Under the pieces are notes generated by a model. The model was not told the DNA's origin. It saw only the letters and a list, made by a program, of their open reading frames with translations, and searched no databases. From Eledone cirrhosa (Eukaryota), in assembly GCA_964016885.1 (NCBI GenBank), contig OZ024744.1, forward strand, positions 82,274,001 to 82,338,000: DNA of 64,000 nt. Reading direction: 5' to 3'. The position numbers were made by a program, and so were the translations under genes. Positions 37,201 to 49,632 of this stretch are shown in pieces (within the stretch, counting starts at the first letter, position 1; every line of letters starts with the position of its first letter).

Positions 37201-39810
37201 TTGGTGGTGGTGTTGGTGGTTTGATGGTTGTGTTAGTGATGTTGGTGGTGGTGTTGGTGGTTTGATGGTTGTGTTAGTGATGTTGTTGGTGTTGGTGTTG
37301 GTGGTTTGATGGTTGTGTTAGTGATGTTGGTGGTGGTGTTGGTGGTTTGATGGTTGTGTTAGTGATGTTGTTGGTGTTGGTGTTGGTGGTTTGATGGTTG
37401 TGTTGGTGATGTTGTTGGTGTCGGTGTTGGTGGTTTGATGGTTGTGTTGGTGATGTTGTTGGTGTTGGTGTTGGTGGTTTGATGGTTGTGTTAGTGATGT
37501 TGTTGGTGGTGGTGTTGGTGGTCTGATGGTTGTGTTAGTGATGTTGTTGGTGTTGGTGTTGGTGGTTTGATGGTTGTGTTGGTGATGTTGTTGTTGGTGG
37601 TGTTGGTGGTTTGATGGTTGTGTTAGTGATGTTGTTGGTGTTGGTGTTGGTGGTTTGATGGTTGTGTTAGTGATGTTGTTGGTGTTGGTGTTGGTGGTTT
37701 GATGGTTGTGTTGGTGATGTTGTTGGTGGTGGTGTTGGTGGTTTGATGGTTGTGTTAGTGATGTTGTTGGTGGTGGTGTTGGTGGTTTGATGGTTGTGTT
37801 AGTGATGTTGTTGGTGGTGGTGTTGGTGGTTTGATGGTTGTGTTAGTGATGTTGTTGGTGTTTGTGTTGGTGGTTTGATGGTTGTGTTGGTGATGTTGTT
37901 GTTGGTGGTGTTGGTGGTTTGATGGTTGTGTTAGTGATGTTGTTGGTGTTGGTGTTGGTGGTTTGATGGTTGTGTTAGTGATGTTGTTGGTGTTGGTGTT
38001 GGTGGTTTGATGGTTGTGTTGGTGATGTTGTTGGTGGTGGTGTTGGTGGTTTGATGGTTGTGTTAGTGATGTTGTTGGTGGTGGTGTTGGTGGTTTGATG
38101 GTTGTGTTAGTGATGTTGTTGGTGTTGGTGTTGGTGGTTTGATGGTTGTGTTGGTGATGGTGTTGGTGGTGGTGTTGGTGGTTTGATGGTTGTGTTGGTG
38201 ATGTTGTTGGTGTTGGTGGTTTGATGGTTGTGTTGGTGATGTTGTTGGTGTTGGTGGTTTGATGGTTGTGTTAGTGATGTTGTTGGTGGTGGTGTTGGTG
38301 GTTTGATGGTTGTGTTAGTGATGTTGTTGTTGGTGGTGGTGGTTTGATGGTTGTATTAGTGATGTTGTTGGTGTTGGCGTTGCTGGTTTGATGGTTGTGT
38401 TAGTGATGTTATTGGTGGTGGTGTTGGTGGTTTGATGGTTGTGTTAGTGATGTTGTTGGTGGTGGTGTTGGTGGTTTGATGGTTGTGTTAGTGATGTTGT
38501 TGGTGTTGGTGTTGGTGGTTTGATGGTTGAGTTAGTGATGTTATTGGTGGTGGTGTTGGTGGTTTGATGGTTGTGTTGGTGATGTTGTTGGTATTGGCGT
38601 TGGTGGTTTGATGGTTCTGTTAGTGATGTTATTGGTGGTGGTGTTGGTGGTTTGATGGTTGTGTTAGTGATGTTGTTGGTGTTGCTGTTGGTGGTTTGAT
38701 GGTTGTGTTAGTGATGTTGTTGGTGGTGGTGTTGGTGGTTTGGTGGTTGTGTTAGTGATGTTGTTGGTGGTGGTGTTGGTGGTTTGATGGTTGTGTTAGT
38801 GATGTTGTTGGTGGTGGTGTTGGTGGTTTGATGGTTGTGTTAGTGATGTTGTTGGTGTTGGTGTAGGTGGTTTGATGGTTGTGTTAGTGATGTTGTTGGT
38901 GTTGGTGTAGGTGGTTTGATGGTTGTGTTAGTGATGTTGTTAGTGATGTTGTTGGTGGTGGTGTTGGTGGTTTGATGGTTGTGTTGGTGATGTGGTTGGT
39001 GTTGGTGGTTTGATTGTTGTGTTGGTGATGGTGTTGGTTTTGGTGTTGGTGGTTTGATGGTTGTGTTAGTGATGTTGTTGGTGGTGGTGGTTTGATGGTT
39101 GTGTTAGTGATGTTGTTGGTGTTTGCACTGATGCTGTTGGTGTTGGTAGTGCTAGTTCTGGTGTTTTTGATGGTTGTGTTGGTGATGTTGATGGTTGTGT
39201 TGGTGATGTTGTTGGTGGCGGTGTTGATGTTGATGTTTGTTGTGGTGGTGGTGTTTGTGCTATTGGTGTTGTTGATGGTTGTGTTGGTGATGTTGTTGAT
39301 GGTTGTGTTGGTGATGTTGTTGTTTTTGGTGTTGATGATGGTAGTGGTGTTTGTGGTGATTGTGGTGTTGATGGTTGTATTGGTGATGTTGTTGGTGGCG
39401 GTGTTGATGCTGTTGGTGATGGTGTTGGTGTTGGTGTTGTTGATGTTGGTGGTGGTGTTGGTGTTGATGGTGGTGTTGATGGTTATTTTGGTGATGTTGG
39501 TGGTGGCGGTGTTGATGACGTTGGTGTCGGTGTTGTTGTTGGTAGTGCTGGTGGTGATATTTTTGTTGGTATTGGTGATGATGGTGTTGGTGTTTGTGGT
39601 GTTTGTGGTGTTTGTGGTGTTGGCAGTGTTGGCAGTGTTTATATGGATGGTAGTGGTGATGGTGATATTTTTGGCGGTAGTGTCGGAGGTAATCTTGGTG
39701 GTGTTGTATAGGTTTTGTTAGTGTTAATGCAAGTGGTGATGGTTGTGTTGATGGTGTTTGTGTTGGTGATGGCCGTGTTTGCGGTGTTGATGTTGTTGAT
39801 GTTGTTGGTA
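34300..39810. repeat. 44-bp GT-rich minisatellite decaying into (GTT/GGT/GAT) repeats
   Basis: Unit TTTGATGGTTGTGTTAGTGATGTTGTTGGTGGTGGTGTTGGTGG; period 44 (34381 to 34425). Confidence 0.95.
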
Positions 39811-39826
39811 TTGGGAGGTAGAGAAA

Positions 39827-39936
39827 GATGATGATTATGATGATGGTGATAATGATGATGATGATGAGGATGATGATGATAATGATGATGATAATGATGA
39901 TGATGATGATTATGATGATGGTAATGATGATGATGT

Positions 39937-39971
<35 letters not shown>

Positions 39972-40058
39972 TTGATGATGATGATGTTGATGATGATGAT
40001 GATGATGATGATGTTGATGATGATGATGTTGATGATGATGTTGATGATGATGTGATGT

Positions 40059-40101
<43 letters not shown>

Positions 40102-40135
40102 AATGATGATGATGATGATGATGATGATGACGATG
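39827..40135. repeat. (GAT)n microsatellite
   Basis: Direct reading. Confidence 0.95.
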
Positions 40136-40194
40136 GTAGTGACTCTAGTTCACCTGAACGCTGTACACAATCATTTTTATTATATTATTATATA

Positions 40195-40368
40195 AGGTAG
40201 TGGGTCGGATGCCATGCTTTGCAGCATAGAGGTACGGCCCTTTATGATCTTAGTTCAAATCCCTTCGAGGTTAACTTTGCCTTTCATCATTACGGGGGTC
40301 GATAAAATAAAGTACCAGTAATACGCTGGATTAATTGTTGGCCTTGTGCCACAAAAGTAGAAACGATT
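40195..40368 (+). mobile_element. SINE family A
   Basis: Conserved body. Confidence 0.8.
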
Positions 40369-40642
40369 ATTATATATACAAAAAGAATTATCATCATGAT
40401 TATCATCATAAATTTATAGTTTGAGGATGTGTTATTATTTCGACTGTATCGTGTATGTTGCTTTTAATGTGGATTATAAAGAGAAGGTGGAAATGGAGTA
40501 TAATTTCTGTATGAAATCCATGATAAGATATTAAGATATTGTACTGTCTGGTACTAATGTTATTGATACACTTTTGTAGAACCACTGTGTCACGGGACGT
40601 GAATATAAACAAACGTAATTATGACATAATTATTGGCACACA

Positions 40643-40738
<96 letters not shown>

Positions 40739-40747
40739 CCAACATAA

Positions 40748-40775
<28 letters not shown>

Positions 40776-40780
<5 letters not shown>

Positions 40781-42322
40781 TAATTTAATATATCAACTAA
40801 CATAGGCGCACAGATGTACGTCCATGCCAGCAAATACACAGGTTATGTCATAGTACCTAGGTGGTTCAATGCAGGAGGGTGCAGAACAATAATATAAAAG
40901 ACGTAAAATAAGAAAATATTTAAAAAAAAAATTTTTTAAATTTTTTTTTACTTACTTACTTAAATTTTCACTCCAGCTAATTAGTTTCTGCAATGGGATA
41001 AAGACAGTTACATAATCCAACTGTCGAGAATTCATTGCGTCATCAGGGAGTCTATTCTCAGCTGAGCCTCCAGGCAATGCGCGGACACTGGCGGCTCATA
41101 TAAAAATAATAATTCGGTAGAAAGAACAGCTAGGCGAGGACTGGATTCTATGTACTGAAATTCTCACTGCTTCCAGTCAAATGGCCGATTCTAAAGAATC
41201 AATCACGTGACATAGAGGCTAGTTAGAAGGAATGGGATGGTAAGATGACTGACGCCTACTAACACCCCAAAAAAAAAAAATTTTGAAGTGGTTTTGGCAG
41301 GTTTGCTCGACAAATCAGTGATTTGGAGATAAATATAGATAATTTAATATATCAACTAACATAGGCGCACAGATGTACGTCCATGCCAGCAAATACACAG
41401 GTTATGTCATAGTACCTAGGTGGTTCAATGCAGGAGGGTGCAGAACAATAATATAAAAGACGTAAAATAAGAAAATATTTTTTTAAAAAATTTTTAAAAT
41501 TTTTTTTTTACTTACTTACTTAAATTTTCACTCCAACTAATTAGTTTCTGCAATGGGATAAAGACAGTTACATAATCCAACTGTCGAGAATTCATTGCGT
41601 CATCAGGGAGTCTATTCTCAGCTGAGCCTCCAGGCAATGCGCGGACACTGGCGGCTCATATAAAAATAATAATTCGGTAGAAAGAACAGCTAGGCGAGGA
41701 CTGGATTCTATATACTGAAATTCTCACTGCTTCCAGTCAAATGGCCGATTCTAAAGAATCAATCACGTGACATAGAGGCTAGTTAGAAGGAATGGGATGG
41801 TAAGATGACTGACGCCTACTAACACCCCAAAAAAAAATTTTGAAGTGGTTTTGGCAGGTTTGCTCGACAAATCAGTGATTTGGAGATAAATATAGATAAA
41901 TATTGTCGAGCAAACCTGCCAAAACCACTTCAAAATTTTTTTTTTGGGGTGTTAGTAGGCGTCAGTCATCTTACCATCCCATTCCTTCTAACTAGCCTCT
42001 ATGTCACGTGATTGATTCTTTAGAATCGGCCATTTGACTGGAAGCAGTGAGAATTTCAGTACATAGAATCCAGTCCTCGCCTAGCTGTTCTTTCTACCGA
42101 ATTATTATTTTTATATGAGCCGCCAGTGTCCGCGCATTGCCTGGAGGCTCAGCTGAGAATAGACTCCCTGATGACGCAATGAATTCTCGACAGTTGGATT
42201 ATGTAACTGTCTTTATCCCATTGCAGAAACTAATTAGTTGGAGTGAAAATTTAAGTAAGTAAGTAAAAAAAAATTTAAAAAATTAAAAAAAAAAATATTT
42301 TCTTATTTTACGTCTTTTATAT
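40776..42322. mobile_element. Second retrozyme/PLE-like family: two ~559-bp tandem units (minus) plus an inverted partial unit (plus)
   Basis: CATAGGCGCA at 40801 and 41360; inversion junction ~41903; HHRs at 40970-41051 (-), 41530-41611 (-), 42163-42244 (+). Confidence 0.85.
42163..42244 (+). ncRNA. Type I HHR with extended stem II
   Basis: ACTCC-CTGATGA-cGCAATG..GACAGTT/AACTGTC..CATTGCa-GAAA-CTAATTAG-TT-GGAGT. Confidence 0.75.
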
Positions 42323-42414
42323 ATATATATATATATACATATATACACACAGATTCACATACATGGCATATATATTAGACATTTAAACCTGTCAGAGCTC
42401 ATACCTCCACAGGT

Positions 42415-42470
<56 letters not shown>

Positions 42471-42529
42471 CATCTGACCTACGGATATCTTATGTCTGAC
42501 AGGTTTAAATGTCCAAGATACGACATGTG

Positions 42530-42560
<31 letters not shown>

Positions 42561-43389
42561 ACACACACACATATATATATATATATATGTGTGTGTGTGT
42601 TTGTGTGTTTTGATTTAATGGCTAAGTGGTGAATTGTATTACTCTGGAGTTGCACCACTTAGCCATGAAATGAATATTTAAACTCTACTTCGATATTGAG
42701 TACGTTTTCTCATGTCCATCAATAATAGACGTATATATATGTAGAAAGATACGGAAGTTTTCTCTTTATGTTGGTTAATTCTTATAGGATGAATATATAA
42801 ATAACGTCGAAAGAACACCTTACCAGATTATTTGTTCTCGACGTAGTTAATGGAGTTATGTATCATAATTATCCAGATGTTACATCTTCGAGTATGGTAC
42901 AAGAATTCACATAGAGTAATTTAGTATAATTTGTAAGAGGTAAAACAATGTAAGAGGTAAAACAATGTAAGAGGTAAAACAATCATCAGAGATAAATGAA
43001 ATAAAACGTTTATTTTAGGTATATTTGTGTAGAAAGGGTAGGAGCGAATGAGGGAGTGAGGAGGAAGTGAAGTTAAGAAAATGAACAAAGAGTTGCCAAG
43101 ACAACGAACGGAAAGAAGACAAAACGAAAAACAATTTTTTAAGAGGAAAACTGAAAAAATTATTTAAAAAAAATTAAAATAGAAGGATACAGAATTCCAG
43201 GATGATCGGCCGTTGAGGTGATCTTTGGCAGTTTTCGAACCCTACCAACGGTACTGCTGGTCCATCTGGAGTCACAACGTCTGACACATGCCAAACGCTG
43301 ATCAGTGGTGTAAGAGTCGAGGGACAAACAATATATTATTGAAATTCCGTCACTTCGACGACAGGTGTTCCTGTCGTTTAAACAATGGA

Positions 43390-43657
43390 AAAGCCTGCCC
43401 AAGAAATTAGCGTGCAAGATGCCGGGCATTCCACAGAAACATGCACCCTTAACGAGGTTCTCAGGAAGATTCAGCGTGACATAATGTGTGTCACGGTTAG
43501 CACTTTAGGTTAAATTCTCTTTGGCCAGCTGAGTTGACTGCAGCGACATGAAATAAAGTGTCAAGGTCAAGGACGCAAAGCGGTGCCCAGGTCGGGAATC
43601 AAACTCATGACCTTACGATCTTGAGCCCAACATCTTAACCACTAGGCCACGCACCCT
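43390..43657 (-). mobile_element. tRNA-derived SINE, family B
   Basis: Box A TGGCCTAGTGGTTAAG and box-B-like GAGTTTGATTCC on the minus strand; body differs from family A. Confidence 0.7.
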
Positions 43658-43837
43658 TACACGAATACACATATATGTGAGTGCGTGTATGTATGTATGT
43701 ATGTATGTATGTATGTATGTATGTATGTATGTATGTATGTATGTATGTATGTATGTATGTATGCAAGAATGTATGTATGCATGTATGTAAGTATGTATGT
43801 ATGTATGTATGCATGTATGTATGCATGTATGTATGCA

Positions 43838-44731
43838 TGTTATCTCTTTCTCTTAATTTCGAGTATATTTTTTTGACTGGCCACCTTCCTGGTGGCATGG
43901 TTGTAAAAGAAAAGAAATTGTCATCCCTTGAATCGCAAGAATGTTTTGCAAATTTTGAAGGTGCCAGCTATCGCAGCCATTTATAGACTATGAATTAGGG
44001 AGCTGCGCTCTTTGTCCGCAAATCCAAGTTCAGTCATACTTTGGTCCAAGTGGGTTGGTATATAACCTGTAGCTCCAATACTGGTGCGTATGAAGCTAAA
44101 GGTGTATCTTGGATACTGGATTTGCAAACTCCTCATCAATGGTCCGTAGATGTCCCCCTTCTCCTGTATTTTTCTGACAACGTTTACATCAAGTGGGCAG
44201 CTGATCTCCACAACAGAACACGTTTTCAATGTGTGGTCCCAAACTACAATATCAGGCCGGTTGTGCTTTAATTTGGTGGCAGTTTTTATTTTCGGGTTCC
44301 ACCAGTATTCCTTAGTGCCATCTGTCTCAATATATTCTTCCTCGTTTGTTGTTAATTTTGTTTTCCGAAGTGCGTTCCAGATGGTTCTAGCTATCCCATC
44401 GTGTCTCATGAGGAGGTAGTAGCGAGATGACATTCTTTCGCAGCTGGCAACAATGTGGCTTACATCCTCGATCTTGGTTTTACATTTATTGTCAGCTGAT
44501 GCCCCTCCCCTTTTGTGCAGCAGATATTTCGTAGGGAGTTCTTGTTCCTGTATTGCATAGAGATATCCCTCAAAGTGTGATGTCATAAACCTGTCGGAAC
44601 TCCATGTCAGGCTTTTTGAGTGGTTTATCCCCTCTATGGTCTGTGTTTTACGTCTCAAGCATCCATGCACAACCTTTTCTGTAAATTGGTCAATTTTTTC
44701 ATCTTGTTTGAACATTGAATAGGATCTTCCT
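43838..44731 (-). mobile_element. 3' fragment of R4/Dong-like LINE within (CATA)n
   Basis: EDVSHIVASC..RHD..NRPDIVVWD..VEISCPLD..K..IGATG (zinc-knuckle remnant plus RLE). Confidence 0.8.
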
Positions 44732-44813
44732 ATGTATGTATGTATGTATGTATGTATGTATGTATGTATGTATGTATGTATGTATGTATGTATGTATGTA
44801 TGTATGTATGTAT

Positions 44814-45297
44814 GTTTTCTCTTTCTCTTAATTTCGAGTATATTTTTTTGACCGGCCACCTTCCTGGTGGCAAGGTTGTAAAAGAAAAGAAATTGTCATC
44901 CCTTGAATCGCAAGAATGTTTTGCAAATTTTGAAGGTGCCAGCTATCGCAGCCATTTGCAGACTATGAATTAGGGAGCTGCGCTTTTTGTCCGCAAATCC
45001 AAGTTCAGTCATACTTTGGTCCAAGCGGGTTGGTATATAACCCGTAGCACCAATAATGATGGGTATGAAGCTAAAGGTGTATCTTGGGTACTGGATTTGT
45101 AAACTCCTCATCAATGGTCCGTAGATGTCCTCCTTCTCCTGTATTTTTCTGACAACGTTTACATCAAGTGGGCAGCTGATCTCCACAACAGAACACGTTT
45201 TCAATGTGTGGTCCCAAACAACAATATCAGGCCGGTTGTGCTTTAATTTGGTGGCAGTTTTTATTTTCAGGTTCCACCAGTATTCCTTAGTGCCATT
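44814..45297 (-). mobile_element. Second, shorter 3' fragment of the same R4/Dong-like LINE
   Basis: Highly similar to 43838-44320; same 3' end; flanked by (TATG)n. Confidence 0.8.
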
Positions 45298-45393
45298 GTA
45301 TGTATGTATGTATGTATGTATGTATGTATGTATGTATGTATGTATGTATGTATGTATGTATGTATGTATGTATGTATGTATGTATGTACGTAT

Positions 45394-46581
45394 GTCGGGT
45401 CACTCTTGAGTGCTACTGGTAACATGTAACCCAGTACAACCTGTCGCAAGGTCGGGTCGTCGGCGACTAAACCGGCAACCCCACCAAGTTTACTTGGTGA
45501 GGAGGGTGATTTTGGACACCCTGCAGGACAAAATAACAAAACCTGACAAAGGGCGGAAGAACTCATAAGAATCAACGGCCATCCAAAAGTGTGTAAATAT
45601 GTATATACACATGTACCGCGCGGTTAAACCACTGGGAGGGAAGGACCCCTAGCCTTTGTCAGGGCATTCTTCTAGGAGACGGCAACTCAGGAAACTGGGA
45701 TAACTCCGATATAAAACCTGCGGCTCAGTAGTTACCGATGATGTTGATCTTTTCTTCTTTTCGGGTTATAGCTACTGTCGCTCAGAGAGTGGGATTGGCT
45801 CAGTGCACAGTATTTCCTCACTTAAAAAAATATCTTCACGCACAGGCATTGCACGATAGAATTAATTAATAATTATTAATAATGGTATATCGTGCAATTG
45901 CCATACTCGATAACAAGGGGGCAGCCATCATGTATGTATGTATGTATGTATGTATGTATGTATGTATGTATGTATGTATGTATGTATGTATGTATGTATG
46001 TATGTATGTATGTATGTATGTATGTTTGCCTCATGGTCGGGTCGTTGGCGACTAAACTGGCAACCCCACCAAGGTTTCTTGGTGAGGAGGGTGACTTTGG
46101 ACATCCTGCAGGACTAAAAACAAAACCTGTCAAAGGGCAAAGGAGCTCTTAAGAGTCAATGGCCATCCAAAATCACCGGTAGAGATGACCCCTTAGCCTT
46201 TGTCAAGGCAGAATTCTAGGAGAAGGAAAACTCTGATATAACACCTGCAACCCTGATGGTATCCAATGATGTTGACTTGTTCTTCTTTTTGGTAAATATC
46301 ATCTTGGTTAAGAGAGTGGGACTGGCTTTGTGCAGTGCCTTTGCTCACTATAAAAGCTTCACGGCACAGGCATTGCTTTACATCTGGAGATCTCTCTGCA
46401 CTTGTCATCACATGGTACCATGGGCCCAGCACTATGTGTCAATAATTGTCACAAGTGTAGTGTTTGTACCAGAGTTTTCAAGTCGCTGGCTGGACTAAAA
46501 AGTCACACTTGTTCAGCGCATCGGTAGGGGTTCTTCTACATGGATATAAGGCCGTAATCGAAAACGAATTGGCAGCCACCA
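45394..46581 (+). mobile_element. Two related non-autonomous elements (45394-45930, 46025-46581) resembling RTE 5'UTRs, within (TATG)n
   Basis: Shared GGTCGGGTCG..GGCGACTAAAC..GGCAACCCCACCAAG and TCTAGGAGAAGGAAAACTC; both end GCAGCCA(T/C)CATGTATG. Confidence 0.5.
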
Positions 46582-47177
46582 TGTATGTATGTATGTATGT
46601 ATGTATGTATGTATGTATGTATGATCTTCTGGTTTTATAATTTCACAAATTTTTTCCCAATAGAGAGAGAGTTGGTTTCTAACATAGACACAAGACTCTC
46701 TCATTGGAATTTACACAACATCAACTAGGTAGATATGTATGTATGCATGTATAGATATGGATGTTATTGTATGAGTGGATGTGTATGTTTTGAGTTGTAT
46801 GTGTGCATGTGTATATGCTTTGTATCTGTAATGTGTATATGCAGTTATTAGACGCAGAATTTTTTGAATGTTTTACATATTTTTACTGTTCCATTAGTAT
46901 GTGTTTATATATGTATGTATGTATGTATATATATATGAATGCTTGAATATGTCTATGTATTTATATATGTATGTATATATATGCGTATGTTATATACCTA
47001 TACATATACATTTAACCATAAAATTGTTCCTATATGTCACTAGATACACGTTCTTTCGAATACCATGATACACACAATCAAACACTCATACACACAAACA
47101 CACATATGTTACCGTACATACATACATATACATAACATATAAATACACATTCATACACCTACACATAAGCCTCCACA

Positions 47178-47233
<56 letters not shown>

Positions 47234-47341
47234 CATACATACATATATATATACACACACACACACATATATATATATATACATATATATATATACACAC
47301 ACATACATACATACATAAGTACATACATACATACAAGCGTA

Positions 47342-47506
47342 CACACGTACATGTATATATATATATATATACATGCACTCTCACCTACATACACACTCAT
47401 AAACATACACACGTATGGGAGAACAAAAAAATCAACAACAAAAACAAACAAACAAACAAACAAACAAACAAACAAACAAGCAAACAAACAAACAAGCAAA
47501 CACACG

Positions 47507-47547
<41 letters not shown>

Positions 47548-47675
47548 TCTCACCTACATACACACTCATAAACATACACACGTATGGGAGAACAAAAAAA
47601 TCAACAACAAAAACAAACAAACAAACAAACAAACAAACAAACAAACAAGCAAACAAACAAACAAGCAAACACACG

Positions 47676-47712
<37 letters not shown>

Positions 47713-47825
47713 TCTCACCTACATACACACTCATAAACATACACACGTATGGGAGAACAAAAAAATCAACAACAAAAATAAACAAACAAACACACAAACA
47801 AACAAACAAACAAACAAGCAAACAA
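47342..47825. repeat. ~165-bp tandem triplication containing (TA)n and (AAAC)n
   Basis: GCACTCTCACCTACATACACACTCATAAAC occurs three times. Confidence 0.9.
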
Positions 47826-48199
47826 TATACTAACAAACAACATTAACAATAATAACAACAATAGCAACTAAACAGTTACGGAAACTGCGAATTTTTGAAG
47901 TACGAAATAAGATAGTTGGGAGATAATGTTGAGAGATTTCTTCCTAACTGGAACTTCCTGTCCAAAGAAACCGATGAAAAGCCAATCGGTGTAGAATCTT
48001 CGTTTCTAAAACATGCTATAACGTAGCGAAAATCGAATTTTCCTACAGCTATATATCTTTTAAGCTATTCTTGTTGAAAATAAATCACCTTCCAATCACC
48101 CCCCCTCTCACCCTATAACCGCCCCCCCACGCACCCCTCCCCCTCCCTTGCACAATTACCACCCACCCACCCACCCAATCACCCACTCACCGATCCGTT

Positions 48200-49480
48200 C
48201 TCGTCGTCGTCGTTGTTCAGTGTTGTCGTCGCTGTCGTCGTCGTTGTTGTCATCGTTGTTGTCGTTGTTGACGTTGTTGTTGTAGTTGTTGATGTAGTCG
48301 TCGTTGTTGACGTAGTTGTTGTTGTTGTTTTTGTTGTTGACGACGTTGTAGTCGTCGTTGTTGACGTAGTTGTTGTTGTTGTTGTTGTTGTTGACGTTGT
48401 AGTCGTCGTTGTTGTCGTTGTAGTCATCGTTGTTGACGTAGTTGTTGTTGTTGTTGACGTTGTAGTCATCGTTGTTGTCGTCGTTGTCGTCGTTGTTGTC
48501 GTCGTTGACGTAGTTGTTTTTGTTGACGTTGTAGTCATCGTTGTTGTCGTCGTTGACGTAGTTGTTGTTGTTGACGTTGTAGTCATCGTTGTTGACGTGG
48601 TTGACGTCGTTGACGTTGTAGTCGTTGTTGTCGTCGTTGTTGTTGTTGTTGTTGACGTTGTAGTCATCGTTGTTATCGTTGTTATCGTTGTTGACGTTGT
48701 AGTCATGTCATCGTTGTTGTCGTGGTTGACGTTGTAGTCATCAATGTTGTCGTGGTTGACGTTGTAGTCATCGTTGTTGACGTAGTTGTCGTTGTTGACG
48801 TTGTAGTCATCGTTGTTGTTGTGGTTGACGTTGTAGTTGTTGTCATCGTTGTTGTCATTGTCGTGGTTGTTTACGTTGTTGTTGTTGTCCTCGGTATCGT
48901 AATCACCACCACTACCACCACCAAAACCACTACCCCACCACTCCCATCATCATCATTCAAATCCCACCGAGGTTAACTTTGCCTTTCATCCTGATGGGGT
49001 CGATAAAATAAAGTACCAGTAATGCACTGGGATAATTGCTGGCCTTGTGCCAAATGTAGAAACAATTATTATCATCATCATCATCATCATCATCAGCATC
49101 ATTTCCACCAACATGATAATCATCATCATCCTCACCATCATGGTGATGATCATGATCATCACGATCATCCCCACCAACACTAGTCCCAATACCAGCACGA
49201 CCGCCATCATCCTCCTCCTCATTATCATCATCAACATCATCGTCATTATCACGATCGCCATCATCATCATCACCATCATTATCATCAACATCATCGTCAT
49301 TATCACGATCACCAGCATCATCATCACCATCACCATCATCATCATCATCAACACCATTGTCATTATAACGATCACCAGCGTCATCATCATCATCATCATC
49401 ATCACCACCATCGAAATCATCACCATCACCATCATCATCATCATCATCATCGCCATCATCATCATCATCATCATCGACAC
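48200..49480. repeat. (GTT/GTC)n and (CAT)n low-complexity tracts with a 5'-truncated SINE A at 48955-49068
   Basis: Direct reading. Confidence 0.85.
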
Positions 49481-49592
49481 AATTTCTTTCTTTTTTTCTT
49501 CATTTCTTTCTTTCCTTCGATTCGTCTATATAAAATCTCATCTTGTGCTTTCTTTCTTACTTTTTTTCTAGCTTTTCATTATACTTGATAAA

Positions 49593-49632
<40 letters not shown>

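Noticed and set aside
39092-40055. Long Val/Leu/Met-rich ORFs
   Set aside because: Translations of GT-rich and (GAT)n repeats
43590-43657. tRNA gene
   Set aside because: tRNA-like head continues into a SINE body; no complete cloverleaf
48179-49571. Poly-Thr, poly-Val and poly-Ile ORFs resembling mucins
   Set aside because: Pure triplet repeats interrupted by a SINE; no unique domain
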